A DNA stretch of 63,573 nucleotides, the filler included, from an uncultured Methanosarcinales archaeon (GTDB lineage Archaea; Nanobdellota; Nanobdellia; Woesearchaeales; CAZKBD01), in the NCBI GenBank assembly GCA_964550945.1. It is 5 parts of 5 records of this genome, joined end to end, with 100 filler letters (N's around TTAATTAATTAA, not from the genome) between each part and the next. Parts side by side here need not be neighbours in the genome. Positions count along the whole stretch, not along the records: positions 1 to 13,415 come from CAZKBD010000050.1; 4 more parts are not named here. One strand, 5' to 3'. Within the stretch, counting starts at the first letter, position 1. Every line of letters begins with the position of its first letter. Shown one piece after another: positions 1 through 9,911 of the stretch. The notes beneath the pieces are model-generated. The model did no database searches and was not told the origin of the DNA. It saw nothing but the letters and a program-made list of their open reading frames with translations. The position numbers were made by a program, and so were the translations under genes.

Positions 1-2808
1 ATAAGCTGTTGAATTATCTGAATTGACTGAGCCAGTGTTTTCAATGGCAACTGTAATGTTTATAGTTTCTTCTGACTGAGGTGTTAATGAAGAAAAGCCA
101 AGAGCGATTGGCTCTAGATCAGATTGAGGAAGCACAACATTAGCAGTATAATAATAATCATTGCCTTCTTTAACATATGAAGATATTTTAGCTTCTTCAA
201 TCAAAGCTCTTGTTGCATTTGATATGCCTCCTGTTTGGTTTACATTGGCATTATACCAGCTAATCCCCCCATATACATAATAACCAGAATAGCCTGGAAT
301 CCAGTATAGAAACTGGCTTGATTGTCCGCTCCAATAATTTGCATCAAATGCACTATCTGCTTCTAGTCCAGAAACATTGTTTGAGTCAATTATATCTCCG
401 TAAGGTATTTGTTCTCTTGGCAGTGTTTTATACCACTGGGCTAATGTAATTGCAGGATAAACAACCTCCCTTAGATATTCAAATTCCGGGTCATTGTTAA
501 CAGCGCTTTTTTCAAGAGGCAGCCTTTCATTTTCTAGTTTATCGCTAAAATAATCTTTCCATGATTCTATATCGGGATGGTTTCCTGAGGCAGACATTAA
601 CTCTGTATCAACATTCATCGTAACATTAACAACTGATATCTCGCAGTTTGTTGCATTTACAACAACATTTCCTGCTATAATTGCCGTCCTAAACCACCAG
701 TTAGGCATTCCAGAGCCACCTGTAGAAAACCACTCATCATAAACATCCTTGATTATATTTGGCTCGCCTTTGTCAATAGCTCCAAACTTCAAGTCAACAT
801 CATCTTCTAATAACTGCCTGCTGACCCATGTCTCAGAAAAAGTTTTGTCTAAGTTGACTCCCCCAAGAGGCAGAGAAACCCACATATTGTGGTTTGGTAT
901 AACCAAGCCTGTTTTGAAGGCTTCCATTATTTCTTCTGTTCTTTCTGTGATGTTTATAATAGAGTCTCCGGCACTTACATTTGCCTCTTTGGCTTTAAAA
1001 ACTAAAACAGCGTCTTTGGCAGGGTCGCATGTAGAGATAAAAGATATTTGCGTTGAAGTGAAGTTGATGCCTCCAAGATAATCGCCTGCATCATTTGATC
1101 TATTTTTATAAGTAAGAATCCTAAATGTTGAATCTACACCGGCTGGAACATAATCTGCATAAACCTTTATTGTCCAATTTCCCTCAGTAATATCTGAACT
1201 GCTAATCTCTAATATTTCTATAAAATCTAGCTCAGGTGCAGGATGTTCATCTCCGTTAGGATCAATCAATGTTAAATCTAAATCATGGTTAAAGTTATCT
1301 TCTTTTAATCTTACTTCCATATTAAAGCCCTGCATACCAGTAACATTTAATTTTGTATACCATGTCTGCCCATTTCTAACAGAGCCATTAAATTCATCTC
1401 CTAATCTATGGGTTGTCAGGTAAGAAATTGCCGCCATTACGTCTATTCGAGGGAAGGTTAATCCTGTATCCGAATCATAAATAGGAACACCAGTATCATT
1501 CAAAGCTTGTTTTATCTGGTTAGGGTTCAACGTAGAATCCTTTTCTAACAACAAAGCTGCTGCTCCAGAAACATGTGGTGCAGCCATTGAAGTACCACAT
1601 TCAGTAGCATATGTACTACTAATATTGGTTGATCTTATTTCACAACCTGGAGCTAATAAGTCCAGTAGTGTTTGCCTGTTTGTAAGACAAGCGATATTAT
1701 CTACAATTGTATCTTCATCAGGATCGGAACAAATGAACTGTCCATTCTTCCAATAAAATTTTATTCCCACTGAACTATCATCATAAGTAGCACCGACTGA
1801 TGTAGCTCCAGAAGCACAGGCCGGTGCAGGAATACCATCAACAGTTTGACCATCATTACCAGAAGCAACAGCTACAAAAATGTCTGAATTAAAAGCTTTA
1901 TTTACAGGGATACTAAAAGCATTAAAATCACATAAATCTTCATTAGTATAAAGGTTATCTCCACCCATGCTTATACTGATAATAGAAATATTATAATCCT
2001 CACTTTTATTATAACACCAATCCATACCCGCAACAAAATCATCATTATTTGGAACGCCACTGGCATTAGTCACTTTTACTACTATAATCTCTGCATCTGG
2101 TGCAACTCCATTTTCACCAACGACAATTCCTGCTATATGTGTTCCGTGGCCAGAATCATCATTAGCATTATTGTCCTCATCAAGTCCATTTGGACAACAA
2201 CCAATTGGTCCTTCTCCATCTTCTCCTTTACAATAACATTTTTCTGCTTTAATTTTTCCTGTAAGTTCGCTATGGGTATCATCAACCCCTGTATCAACAA
2301 TACAGATTGTTTGGTCTTTACCTGTATACCCCCTCTCTTGCACCTTGTTTATTTTGAGTAGGGGCATACTCTCTGAACGAAACAATCTGCCGCTCTCTAC
2401 TTTATATATCCCTTCAATCTTAGGGTTGTTTTTTAATTTGTTGAACATATCTTTAGTAATTTCAGCAGAAAAACCAGGGATTAATGAAAACTTATGTCTT
2501 ATTTTATCAATTGGCAATGACGTGGAAGAAATCAGCTCTGCTTGAGTTTGTTTTACATTAAATCTCTTTTCATTTAGAATTTTTGAGTTTAGTTCCTTTT
2601 TATTTTTAGTGGAGTATAATAGACTATCTTCTTTAAAAAATACTATCACTGCTACTTCTGTTTTAGTATCTAGCTCTTCAATTACTTTTGTATCAATATA
2701 AGGCTTAGACTGTTTAGATAATACTATTGCAGGTAGCAACAATAATATCAAAGTGAAAAGAACAAACTTTAAATTCTTAATTCTATCCTTATTTTCTGAT
2801 TTATACAT
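1..2808 (-). CDS. Secreted subtilase (S8 peptidase) with C-terminal PPC/CARDB-like domains; runs off the window edge
   Basis: Not in the ORF track (no stop in window). Manual translation from ATG 2808 gives a signal peptide and the triad motifs ICIVDTGVDDTH, SGHGTHIAG, CGTSMAAPHVSGA, then DLDLTLIDPNG and a CARDB-like DLEPIALGFSSLTP...ITVAIENTG. Confidence 0.92.
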   Translation of the reverse strand, partial: MYKSENKDRIKNLKFVLFTLILLLLPAIVLSKQSKPYIDTKVIEELDTKTEVAVIVFFKEDSLLYSTKNKKELNSKILNEKRFNVKQTQAELISSTSLPIDKIRHKFSLIPGFSAEITKDMFNKLKNNPKIEGIYKVESGRLFRSESMPLLKINKVQERGYTGKDQTICIVDTGVDDTHSELTGKIKAEKCYCKGEDGEGPIGCCPNGLDEDNNANDDSGHGTHIAGIVVGENGVAPDAEIIVVKVTNASGVPNNDDFVAGMDWCYNKSEDYNISIISISMGGDNLYTNEDLCDFNAFSIPVNKAFNSDIFVAVASGNDGQTVDGIPAPACASGATSVGATYDDSSVGIKFYWKNGQFICSDPDEDTIVDNIACLTNRQTLLDLLAPGCEIRSTNISSTYATECGTSMAAPHVSGAAALLLEKDSTLNPNQIKQALNDTGVPIYDSDTGLTFPRIDVMAAISYLTTHRLGDEFNGSVRNGQTWYTKLNVTGMQGFNMEVRLKEDNFNHDLDLTLIDPNGDEHPAPELDFIEILEISSSDITEGNWTIKVYADYVPAGVDSTFRILTYKNRSNDAGDYLGGINFTSTQISFISTCDPAKDAVLVFKAKEANVSAGDSIINITERTEEIMEAFKTGLVIPNHNMWVSLPLGGVNLDKTFSETWVSRQLLEDDVDLKFGAIDKGEPNIIKDVYDEWFSTGGSGMPNWWFRTAIIAGNVVVNATNCEISVVNVTMNVDTELMSASGNHPDIESWKDYFSDKLENERLPLEKSAVNNDPEFEYLREVVYPAITLAQWYKTLPREQIPYGDIIDSNNVSGLEADSAFDANYWSGQSSQFLYWIPGYSGYYVYGGISWYNANVNQTGGISNATRALIEEAKISSYVKEGNDYYYTANVVLPQSDLEPIALGFSSLTPQSEETINITVAIENTGSVNSDNSTAY

Positions 2809-2809
2809 T

Positions 2810-3376
2810 TTAATCTTTTTGTTTTGTTTTAAAAGTTTCGTCCACAATAACAGATTTCCCATTCAAATTGTATAATCGGTAGTCAACCAAAACTTCTGTA
2901 GCTTTTCTTGTGTCTTCAGCAGTATACCCCGCTATAATTAATTGAGTATTATTGTATTTGTTGTAAACTTTGATACTTCCCTCTTCGACATCAAATTCAC
3001 TAGCACAATCTGGCCAACTACTTGTAGTACCCATTATTTGTGCAGTTATCTGATTCGCACATGGACCACCAACTAAAATAGCATTTTTTTCTTTTAACAA
3101 CCCATCTCTAATATCTGAGTCAGAGGTAACAACACCAATGTTTTCTTTACATTCATTGGAAATTTCGTTAAAGAGTCTTGCTTCTTGCAGTACATTTACT
3201 AGAAGGTGTAAAGTTTCCATATCTTTTGTATTATTCCCAGCAATAAATACAACCGAAAGACACCCGTCTGTAATAAATGGTTCTGGAAATTCACTCAAAT
3301 CATAACCCAACCCTATTTTTACCAACAGAATAATCACACATAAAATCACAACACCCTTTGTAACTTTTTTTTTCAT
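2810..3376 (-). CDS. Secreted protein with S-layer C-terminal-like domain
   Basis: Signal peptide; NAILVGGPCANQIT and LIIAGYTAEDTRKA motifs of archaeal S-layer outer domains. Confidence 0.7.
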   Translation of the reverse strand: MKKKVTKGVVILCVIILLVKIGLGYDLSEFPEPFITDGCLSVVFIAGNNTKDMETLHLLVNVLQEARLFNEISNECKENIGVVTSDSDIRDGLLKEKNAILVGGPCANQITAQIMGTTSSWPDCASEFDVEEGSIKVYNKYNNTQLIIAGYTAEDTRKATEVLVDYRLYNLNGKSVIVDETFKTKQKD

Positions 3377-3486
3377 CCTTCCCCCATCATTTAATTGTTT
3401 TTCCTTCTTTATTTAAACTTTTTGTTAACTGATTGTTAGTTAATCGTAAAATAGATATTAATATAATATCTATTGATTGTTAAGTT

Positions 3487-3732
3487 ATGCTTAAACTAAA
3501 GTCTTTTATAATAAGGTCAAAGCAAAGACAGTTAATCCTAAAAACAATAACAAAACAAAAAACACCTACACAAATTGCTGAGGAAACTAAACTGGCAATC
3601 TCGCATGTAAGCAGAACTTTAAGTGAATTCAAAGATAAAGGAATTGTTGAATGCTTAACTCCAGATGAGAAAATAGGCAAATTATATGCTTTAACTAAAA
3701 AGGGTTCTAAAGTTTTGAAAAGTTTATTTTGA
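3487..3732 (+). CDS. Winged-helix (ArsR-like) transcriptional regulator
   Basis: KTPTQIAEETKLAISHVSRTLSEFKDKGIVECL...YALTKKG. Confidence 0.85.
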   Translation: MLKLKSFIIRSKQRQLILKTITKQKTPTQIAEETKLAISHVSRTLSEFKDKGIVECLTPDEKIGKLYALTKKGSKVLKSLF

Positions 3733-4284
3733 AACATTTTGATCACCATCTAAAACATCTGGTTCATTTATCATTGAAAAATTATCATCATTAATTGTTT
3801 CATTATTTCCTACAGAATTATTTAATAAATCGGTTTCGTTGATTATATCAATAATGGATATATTAACACTATCAAAAGCAGTTAAATTATCACTATCTAT
3901 AGTAGAAACCGTTATTGCATGTGTTCCTATAGATATCGTTCTATTAAATTGATTTCCACTCCCAATATTATCATTAATATTTGAATTCCAATTTATTTTA
4001 CTAGCCAAGTCACCATCCTGTGGATCAGAAGCGGTAGCTGTGAAGTTAATATTTGCTCTGTAAGTAAATTGTTGATTATTGGACGGAGAACTTACTGATA
4101 ATGTGGGAGTCCCTTCTTCAATAATTAAACTAATACTCTCACTACCAATCACTCCAGTAGAATCAACAGCAGAAAAAGTTATAGTGTGTGTACCAACTGA
4201 TAAAGATGAACTTGAAAAAGAATCACCATTTGATAAGAATCCATCAATTGAAGAAGACCAGTTTAATGAATTACCATCAAGAGT
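3724..4284 (-). pseudogene. 5'-truncated PKD/Ig-like surface protein fragment
   Basis: Frame is open from 4284 with two repeats (WSSSIDG..G...LSVGTHTITF; FTATASDPQDGDL..INWNS...GTHAITV); no signal peptide; upstream in-frame stops at 4285-4299. Confidence 0.6.
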
Positions 4285-4343
4285 TCAATCCCAATACTAA
4301 ACAAGGGGTGTGTTAGAAGTAGAGCTTGGGGCATTAATTATCA

Positions 4344-5099
4344 TCAATCATGTTTTTCTAAATACCGTTTCATTGATTTAAATATCTTAGAGCCAGGGCC
4401 TGGCTGTTCTGACATAACAGCATCTGGAAGCTGTCTCATCCAGCTGCACCTTTCTGGATGGGGCATCATTGCCATGACATTCCCTTCCTTGTTGCAGATG
4501 CCGGCAATATTGCTCATGCTGCCATTTGGATTAGATTGTTCTGTGATCTTGCCATCTTTGCCGCAATACTGGAATAATATCTGGTTGTTTTTCATCAATC
4601 TGTCTATAAGCCCTTTTTCCCTTGTCACAAACCTTCCTTCTCCATGAGCAATTGGTATTGGCATGATCTCATCTTTGCCTAAAAACAGGTTGAAAGCATT
4701 TTTTATGCTGCTGGAGTTTTTTATATAAGCCCATGTGCAGTAATATCCTGAAAAATCATTGTTTATATTAGGGGCTAAAGCGATTTCTATTTTGTCTTGC
4801 AAGCCAGGTATCAAGCCAGATTCGGCTAATATCTGGCACCCATTGCAAATGCCCAAGACTGGCTTGCCTTTTTTTGCCTCTTTTTTTATTATGTTAAGGA
4901 TAGGGTCCTTTGCAGATATAACTCCTGCTCTTACCCTATCTTCGTAGCTAAATCCTCCTGGGAGGATGTATCCATCATAATCTTCTATATTGCCAGAGTT
5001 CCACCTAACAATATCTGCATTTAAGCCAACAGAATTGCAGGCCCTCATGGTTTCTTCTTCGCAATTTGTCCCAGGAAATAATATTACTGCTATCTTCAT
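4344..5099 (-). CDS. purQ: Phosphoribosylformylglycinamidine synthase glutaminase subunit
   Basis: FPGTNCE, PGGFSYED, GICNGCQIL, AHGEG, NPNGS, MMPHPER. Confidence 0.97.
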   Translation of the reverse strand: MKIAVILFPGTNCEEETMRACNSVGLNADIVRWNSGNIEDYDGYILPGGFSYEDRVRAGVISAKDPILNIIKKEAKKGKPVLGICNGCQILAESGLIPGLQDKIEIALAPNINNDFSGYYCTWAYIKNSSSIKNAFNLFLGKDEIMPIPIAHGEGRFVTREKGLIDRLMKNNQILFQYCGKDGKITEQSNPNGSMSNIAGICNKEGNVMAMMPHPERCSWMRQLPDAVMSEQPGPGSKIFKSMKRYLEKHD

Positions 5100-5338
5100 T
5101 TTTTATGCTTCTTTTTCAGCTCTGAAAACCTCTCGCCTCTGCCGTTTTCTTCAAATATGCTCTTCAAATCATCTTCAAACATCTTTCTTGAATCCTGATT
5201 ATCCAAGCTGTATAAAGATTCCACAGCATCATTTTCTGCTTTTTCCAGGTCGTCACCTTCAAGCACATAGTCATCATAAAGGCCTTTTAGCTTGTCTTTT
5301 GCTATGGTAAATCTTCCTAATTGTTTTTCCAGGGTCAT
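5096..5338 (-). CDS. Hypothetical protein between purL and purQ
   Basis: 80-aa ORF overlapping both neighbours by 4 nt. Confidence 0.6.
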   Translation of the reverse strand: MTLEKQLGRFTIAKDKLKGLYDDYVLEGDDLEKAENDAVESLYSLDNQDSRKMFEDDLKSIFEENGRGERFSELKKKHKK

Positions 5339-7656
5339 TTTATTGCCTCCCTAAAGCCATTTTTCCAGGCTTTATTTATTTCATCAATTTGTACAGTTAT
5401 CAGTTTGTTATTATTACATTTTACCACTAACTCTTTATTTGCAGTCGTTTTTCCTAATTCTATAGGGTCAATATCGTATTTGCCAAATATTTTTTTTATT
5501 TTGGTTATATCTTCTTCAGCAACTTCAAAAACAAAACCTGAGTTTTCAGAAAATAGGGCTATATCAGCCCTTAAACCACTAAAATCAATATCAATTTCAG
5601 CTCCAATACCTGCTTCAACAATCATCTCGCTGATTGTTGTTATTAAACCCCCATCGCTGATGTCATGGCAGCTCAATAATAATCTTTCATTAATAGCGTC
5701 AATTATACTGTGAATCATGTTTCTCTCTTTTTCAAAATCTATCTTAGGGATATTTTTTCCGAGCTCATTATTTAGTTCGTAATAGGCAGAGCCGCCTAAT
5801 TCGTTTTTTCGCTCTCCAATAAGGAATAATCTTGAATTTATTTTCTTGACTTTAGTGGTTATCGCTTTGCTGTAATCGTCTAAAAAACCAAGGCACGCTA
5901 TTATTGCGCTTGGGTCAACTGATTTTCCTGAAATGCTTTCGTTATAAAAGCTCACATTGCCGCTGACAAAAGGAACTGGCTTTTTGGTTCCCTTAAGATA
6001 GATATTTTTAGCTGCATCACTGATTCCTTTAACAGCTTCAACAAAATCATAGAATGATTCTGGCTTTTCAGGATTGCCAAAATTCAAGCAGTCAGTCATT
6101 CCATAAGGAATCGCTCCAACTGCAGCAACATTCCTCATTGCTTCAGCAACTGCATTTATGCTTCCCATATAAGGATCAATCCTGCAATATTTTGGATTGC
6201 AGTCAGTTGATAAAGCAACTGCTGCCTTATTACCTGGTATGGGAGCCATAACACCTGCATCAGCTTCTCCAGGCCTTATAACTGCCAATCCCTGGACTTC
6301 AGTATCATAATGCTTGTAAACAACTTCTTTAGAAGCAACATTAGGATTAGATAATACTTTTAACAGCACTTTATTGTAATCAGACGGCTCTTTTAATTCT
6401 GGCTCTTTAAAATTGCGTTTTGGCGCTTTGTATTCGCGGTCATAAAATATCCCAGAGGTAACTGCATCAATAGGGGCATTGCAGACTATTTTTCCATTGT
6501 GCCTTAGGATATAATCTTTATTTTTGGTTACCTTGCCTATTACAGAAGCTCTTGCTCCTTCAGCTATATTTGGCAGCTCAAAGTCTTTATTGTATATTTC
6601 TAATAGCCTTTTTGTAAAGCTTGGAGGAGATATCCATGTAAACCTTTCCTGGGTTTCAGCGCAGGCAATAATATAAGGAGGGAGGTTCATTGAAACATGC
6701 ACTTTATCTAGGTCTATATCAGCTCCATAGTTGCTGCTTTGGCAGAGCTCTGAGCTAGAGCACATTATGCCGCCAGCCCCCATATCCTTAAAGCCTAATC
6801 CTATATTATTTTTTCTGGCTTCTTTAAAGACAGCTTCAGTTGCCCTTATTATCACATTTTTTAAAAAAGGATCTGGAACTTGGACTGCTCCTTTGTTGAA
6901 TTCCTCTTCTCCTTCGTCTAAAACCAAACTAGCGAAAGCTGCTCCTCCAAAGCCCGAGTTATCAGTTGCTTTTCCTATAATTACAATATCATAGCCTTCT
7001 GCATTTTTTGGCGCTCTGCTGTGGATTATTTCACTTTCTTTTATCAAGCCCAAGCTAACCACATTTACTATGCAGTTTTCATCAAAGCTGTCATTAAAAT
7101 AGACATCTCCTGCAAGATTTGGCACTCCAATTGGATTGCCATAGCCTGCAATTCCATCTATAACTGAATTTGCAACATATCTCACATAGCCTTTCTTTTT
7201 TCCATAAGGGTTTCCAAACCTCAAGGGATCTGCTGTAGCAATGATTCTTGCGCCCATGCATAAAACATCTCGTACAATGCCTCCAATGCCTGTTGCAGCG
7301 CCTTCATAAGGAACTACCTGGCTAGGATGGTTATGGCTTTCATGCGCAAAAACAATCCCATAATCTCCTGTAAACCTTATTATTCCGGCATCTTCCTCAG
7401 GGCCTTGCATTACTGTTGGCCCTTGAACTGGGAGGTATTTTTTCAGCCATTTCTTTGAGCTCTTATAGCTGCAATGCTCGCTCCATTCTGTATTAAAGAT
7501 ATGGAGCTCTGTCAATGAGGGATTCCTTTTGATTAATTCTACAATTCTTCTGGCTTCGTTAATCTTCAGAGAAATAGCCTGCTTTTTCATAAACTCCTGA
7601 AGCTCTTTATCCGGCATCTCTTTTACATTTATTAGCTCTACGTCCACCTCTCCCAT
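5335..7656 (-). CDS. purL: Phosphoribosylformylglycinamidine synthase synthetase subunit
   Basis: WSEHCSYKSS, ESHNHPS, GAATGIGGIVRD, DMGAGG, DCLNFGNPEKP, HDISDGG. Confidence 0.98.
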   Translation of the reverse strand: MGEVDVELINVKEMPDKELQEFMKKQAISLKINEARRIVELIKRNPSLTELHIFNTEWSEHCSYKSSKKWLKKYLPVQGPTVMQGPEEDAGIIRFTGDYGIVFAHESHNHPSQVVPYEGAATGIGGIVRDVLCMGARIIATADPLRFGNPYGKKKGYVRYVANSVIDGIAGYGNPIGVPNLAGDVYFNDSFDENCIVNVVSLGLIKESEIIHSRAPKNAEGYDIVIIGKATDNSGFGGAAFASLVLDEGEEEFNKGAVQVPDPFLKNVIIRATEAVFKEARKNNIGLGFKDMGAGGIMCSSSELCQSSNYGADIDLDKVHVSMNLPPYIIACAETQERFTWISPPSFTKRLLEIYNKDFELPNIAEGARASVIGKVTKNKDYILRHNGKIVCNAPIDAVTSGIFYDREYKAPKRNFKEPELKEPSDYNKVLLKVLSNPNVASKEVVYKHYDTEVQGLAVIRPGEADAGVMAPIPGNKAAVALSTDCNPKYCRIDPYMGSINAVAEAMRNVAAVGAIPYGMTDCLNFGNPEKPESFYDFVEAVKGISDAAKNIYLKGTKKPVPFVSGNVSFYNESISGKSVDPSAIIACLGFLDDYSKAITTKVKKINSRLFLIGERKNELGGSAYYELNNELGKNIPKIDFEKERNMIHSIIDAINERLLLSCHDISDGGLITTISEMIVEAGIGAEIDIDFSGLRADIALFSENSGFVFEVAEEDITKIKKIFGKYDIDPIELGKTTANKELVVKCNNNKLITVQIDEINKAWKNGFREAIK

Positions 7657-7775
7657 AGGCTTTAGTTAGAAAGAGATTGTTTTTAAAACTTGCGGTTAGG
7701 TTTTGTCTAAAACCAAAAGATTTAAATATGTTTAAATAATTCCAAATCATATTAAATGATATAAGGTGATTTGAA

Positions 7776-8036
7776 ATGACTTCCATGAGCATAAGTGTCA
7801 ATGAATACACCCATAGGGTGTTAGGGGTTATAAAAGAAAAATTTGGCCTAAGGGATAAAGCGCAAGCCCTGGATAAATTTGCTGAGATGTATGGCGAGGA
7901 ATTTGTAGAGAAAGAAGTAAAAGACGAAGTTGTGCAGGAGATGATTAAAGATTGTGAAGCCTGGGAGAAAAAGTATAAGTTTAAGCGAAAAATGACTATA
8001 AAGGAGTTAGATAGATTGTGCGGCATTGAGTCTTAG
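7776..8036 (+). CDS. Putative antitoxin (DUF2683-like)
   Basis: ISVNEYTHRVLGVIKEKFGLRDKAQA pattern; directly upstream of a RelE-like gene. Confidence 0.7.
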   Translation: MTSMSISVNEYTHRVLGVIKEKFGLRDKAQALDKFAEMYGEEFVEKEVKDEVVQEMIKDCEAWEKKYKFKRKMTIKELDRLCGIES

Positions 8037-8043
8037 GTGTGTT

Positions 8044-8322
8044 ATGTTTGATTTTGATTCATCTGATGAGTTAAAGATTTTAATCAGGAAGCTATCTAAG
8101 AAAAATGCAACCAGAGCTGCTATCTTAAACAATAAAATAAAAGAAATCATTAACAATGATGCCACTTCTATAGATAGATACAAAAATTGTAAATATGACC
8201 TTAAAGTATGCAAAAGAGTGCATATAGATAAAAGTTTTGTATTGTTATTTAAAATTTATAAAGAAAAAAATATGATTTATTTCTGGAAATTAAAACATCA
8301 TGACGAAGTTTATAATAGGTAA
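8044..8322 (+). CDS. RelE/ParE-family toxin
   Basis: Basic small protein, YKNCKYDLK...RVHIDKSFVLLFKI...LKHHDEVY. Confidence 0.8.
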   Translation: MFDFDSSDELKILIRKLSKKNATRAAILNNKIKEIINNDATSIDRYKNCKYDLKVCKRVHIDKSFVLLFKIYKEKNMIYFWKLKHHDEVYNR

Positions 8323-8323
8323 A

Positions 8324-8436
8324 TCACTTAATTATCTCATATTCCTTCACTATGATTATAAGGAACAGCATCAATACAACTGCGCCAACAACAATCCAGG
8401 ACAATCCTGATAGAAATGTATCAGAGGTCATCTTGT
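8324..8436 (-). repeat. Orphan copy of the 3' end of gene 9007-9219
   Basis: 113-bp direct repeat of 9007-9119 with 8 differences; encodes ...VLMLFLIIIVKEYEIIK* versus ...VLILFLIIIVKEYEIIK*. Confidence 0.95.
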
Positions 8437-8478
8437 TTTTCAGATAATTATTTAAATTGCGTTAAGTATATCCCCTAT

Positions 8479-8763
8479 ATGCCTAATATCTTTGAGATTA
8501 GAGACAAGTCGGGAAGAAATATACACCTGTCAAAAGAAAGATGGTCCCATATTCAGAAACATCCTGAGATGTCAGGCCAATTGGAGCAAATCAAAGAAAC
8601 TCTCACCTGTCCAGACACCATTAGTAAATTTGGATATGACTCTAGTGTGCACTTTTATTATAGGTATTGCAAGGGAAGGGGTGATTACCTTTTAATTTCA
8701 GTAAAGTATTTAAATGGGGAGGGGTTCATTATAACTAGTTTTTATACAGATAAAATAAAATGA
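8479..8763 (+). CDS. Putative toxin paired with DUF2283
   Basis: IHLSKERWSHIQKHPEM...IKETLTCPD...GFIITSF; ATGA overlap with the next gene. Confidence 0.7.
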   Translation: MPNIFEIRDKSGRNIHLSKERWSHIQKHPEMSGQLEQIKETLTCPDTISKFGYDSSVHFYYRYCKGRGDYLLISVKYLNGEGFIITSFYTDKIK

Positions 8764-8990
8764 AAGGAGAACTGCAGTTGTATTATGATGAGGAAGGGGA
8801 TTTTCTAGAGATTCAAATAGGCGGTTATACAGAAGGTTCTTTTAAAAATCTAGGGGATGGCATTTTCGAACGATTAGATAAAAAAACAAAAAAGGTTACA
8901 GGGATAGCTGTCATGGGATTTAGAAAAAGAACCGAATCCCTTGGAGATGTGAAAGTTTCTTTACCTGTAGAGATAAAAATTGGTTCTTGA
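8760..8990 (+). CDS. DUF2283-family putative antitoxin
   Basis: YYDEEGDFLEI...GIFERLD...VTGIAV. Confidence 0.8.
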   Translation: MKGELQLYYDEEGDFLEIQIGGYTEGSFKNLGDGIFERLDKKTKKVTGIAVMGFRKRTESLGDVKVSLPVEIKIGS

Positions 8991-9006
8991 ATATAATTTT
9001 TTATAG

Positions 9007-9219
9007 CTATTTGATTATCTCATATTCCTTCACTATTATGATAAGGAATAGTATCAATACAACTGCGCCAACAACAATCCAGGACAATCCTGATAGAAAT
9101 GTATCAGAGGTCATCTTGTAAAGCCCAAAGCCCATTATGACAAATCCAAGCCATAAAAACTTATCCAAAACAAGCATCATTACCTGGAATTCTTCTGATT
9201 GAGTTAATCTTTTTTTCAT
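9007..9219 (-). CDS. Small two-TM membrane protein
   Basis: 70 aa, two hydrophobic helices, GAGGTG RBS upstream. Confidence 0.75.
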   Translation of the reverse strand: MKKRLTQSEEFQVMMLVLDKFLWLGFVIMGFGLYKMTSDTFLSGLSWIVVGAVVLILFLIIIVKEYEIIK

Positions 9220-9230
9220 GATTGCACCTC

Positions 9231-9611
9231 TTATTTTTCAAAACTGAACTGTTTTTTCCTTTCATCAAATATGATCAAAAAATTTTCAAAAACACTTAAT
9301 CTGCCTAACATATTAAAGGAAGTTCCTAAATCATCTGAAAACGCTATCTTGCATTCAAATGAATTTCCAGCGACCTCTGCGTGAACTTCGTGAATATAAC
9401 CTACTAGTTTTGAAGAGGCAGTTTGAAAAATTTTCTTTTCACCATCCTCTAATTTTATTCCCAGCTCCCTAGCAACACTTCCTTTAAATAAACTAATTGC
9501 TGCCCCTGAATCAACAACTGCATTAACCTTTATGATATTTTTTGAGTTGGTTAATGTGACATCAATCAATGGTATATGGGTATTTTTCTGAAATGTATAA
9601 TCAAAAATCAT
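9231..9611 (-). CDS. Retropepsin-like aspartyl protease
   Basis: AVVDSGAAISL and NMLGR motifs. Confidence 0.85.
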   Translation of the reverse strand: MIFDYTFQKNTHIPLIDVTLTNSKNIIKVNAVVDSGAAISLFKGSVARELGIKLEDGEKKIFQTASSKLVGYIHEVHAEVAGNSFECKIAFSDDLGTSFNMLGRLSVFENFLIIFDERKKQFSFEK

Positions 9612-9817
9612 AATATTAAAATCTCCTCATCTTCTCTAGGAACTTGATTTATCAGAGCTTTTCCAGCAAGGTTTCTTTTGTTGACCTCTAAGTTAACTTC
9701 ATGCAAACTTTCACCAACTGCTATAATCTTATCCTCCCAAATAGCAATCCACTTACCACCATACTTATCCATAACCTTAGGGTGTTCAGATATCCATTTT
9801 AATTCTTTTGATTGCAT
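9608..9817 (-). CDS. DUF5678-family protein
   Basis: KYGGKWIAIWEDKIIAVGES; usual partner of this protease type. Confidence 0.8.
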   Translation of the reverse strand: MQSKELKWISEHPKVMDKYGGKWIAIWEDKIIAVGESLHEVNLEVNKRNLAGKALINQVPREDEEILIL

Positions 9818-9911
9818 TTTAATGATGTTGTTAGTTTATTACTATTTAAATATTACCCAAGTGTCCTTATCCACACCCCTTGTTATATTATTTTTTAATT
9901 AATGAAAATGA

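Noticed and set aside
749..2545. Plus-strand ORFs in the track
   Set aside because: Antisense shadows of the S8 protease gene
5096..5338. purS
   Set aside because: Right size and position, but lacks the PurS DP(Q/E)G motif and looks all-helical
4300..9884. 13-bp inverted match AACAAGGGGTGTG (4300-4312 and 9872-9884) as transposon ends
   Set aside because: No target duplication or transposase, encloses housekeeping pur genes, and the core resembles the local Shine-Dalgarno sequence
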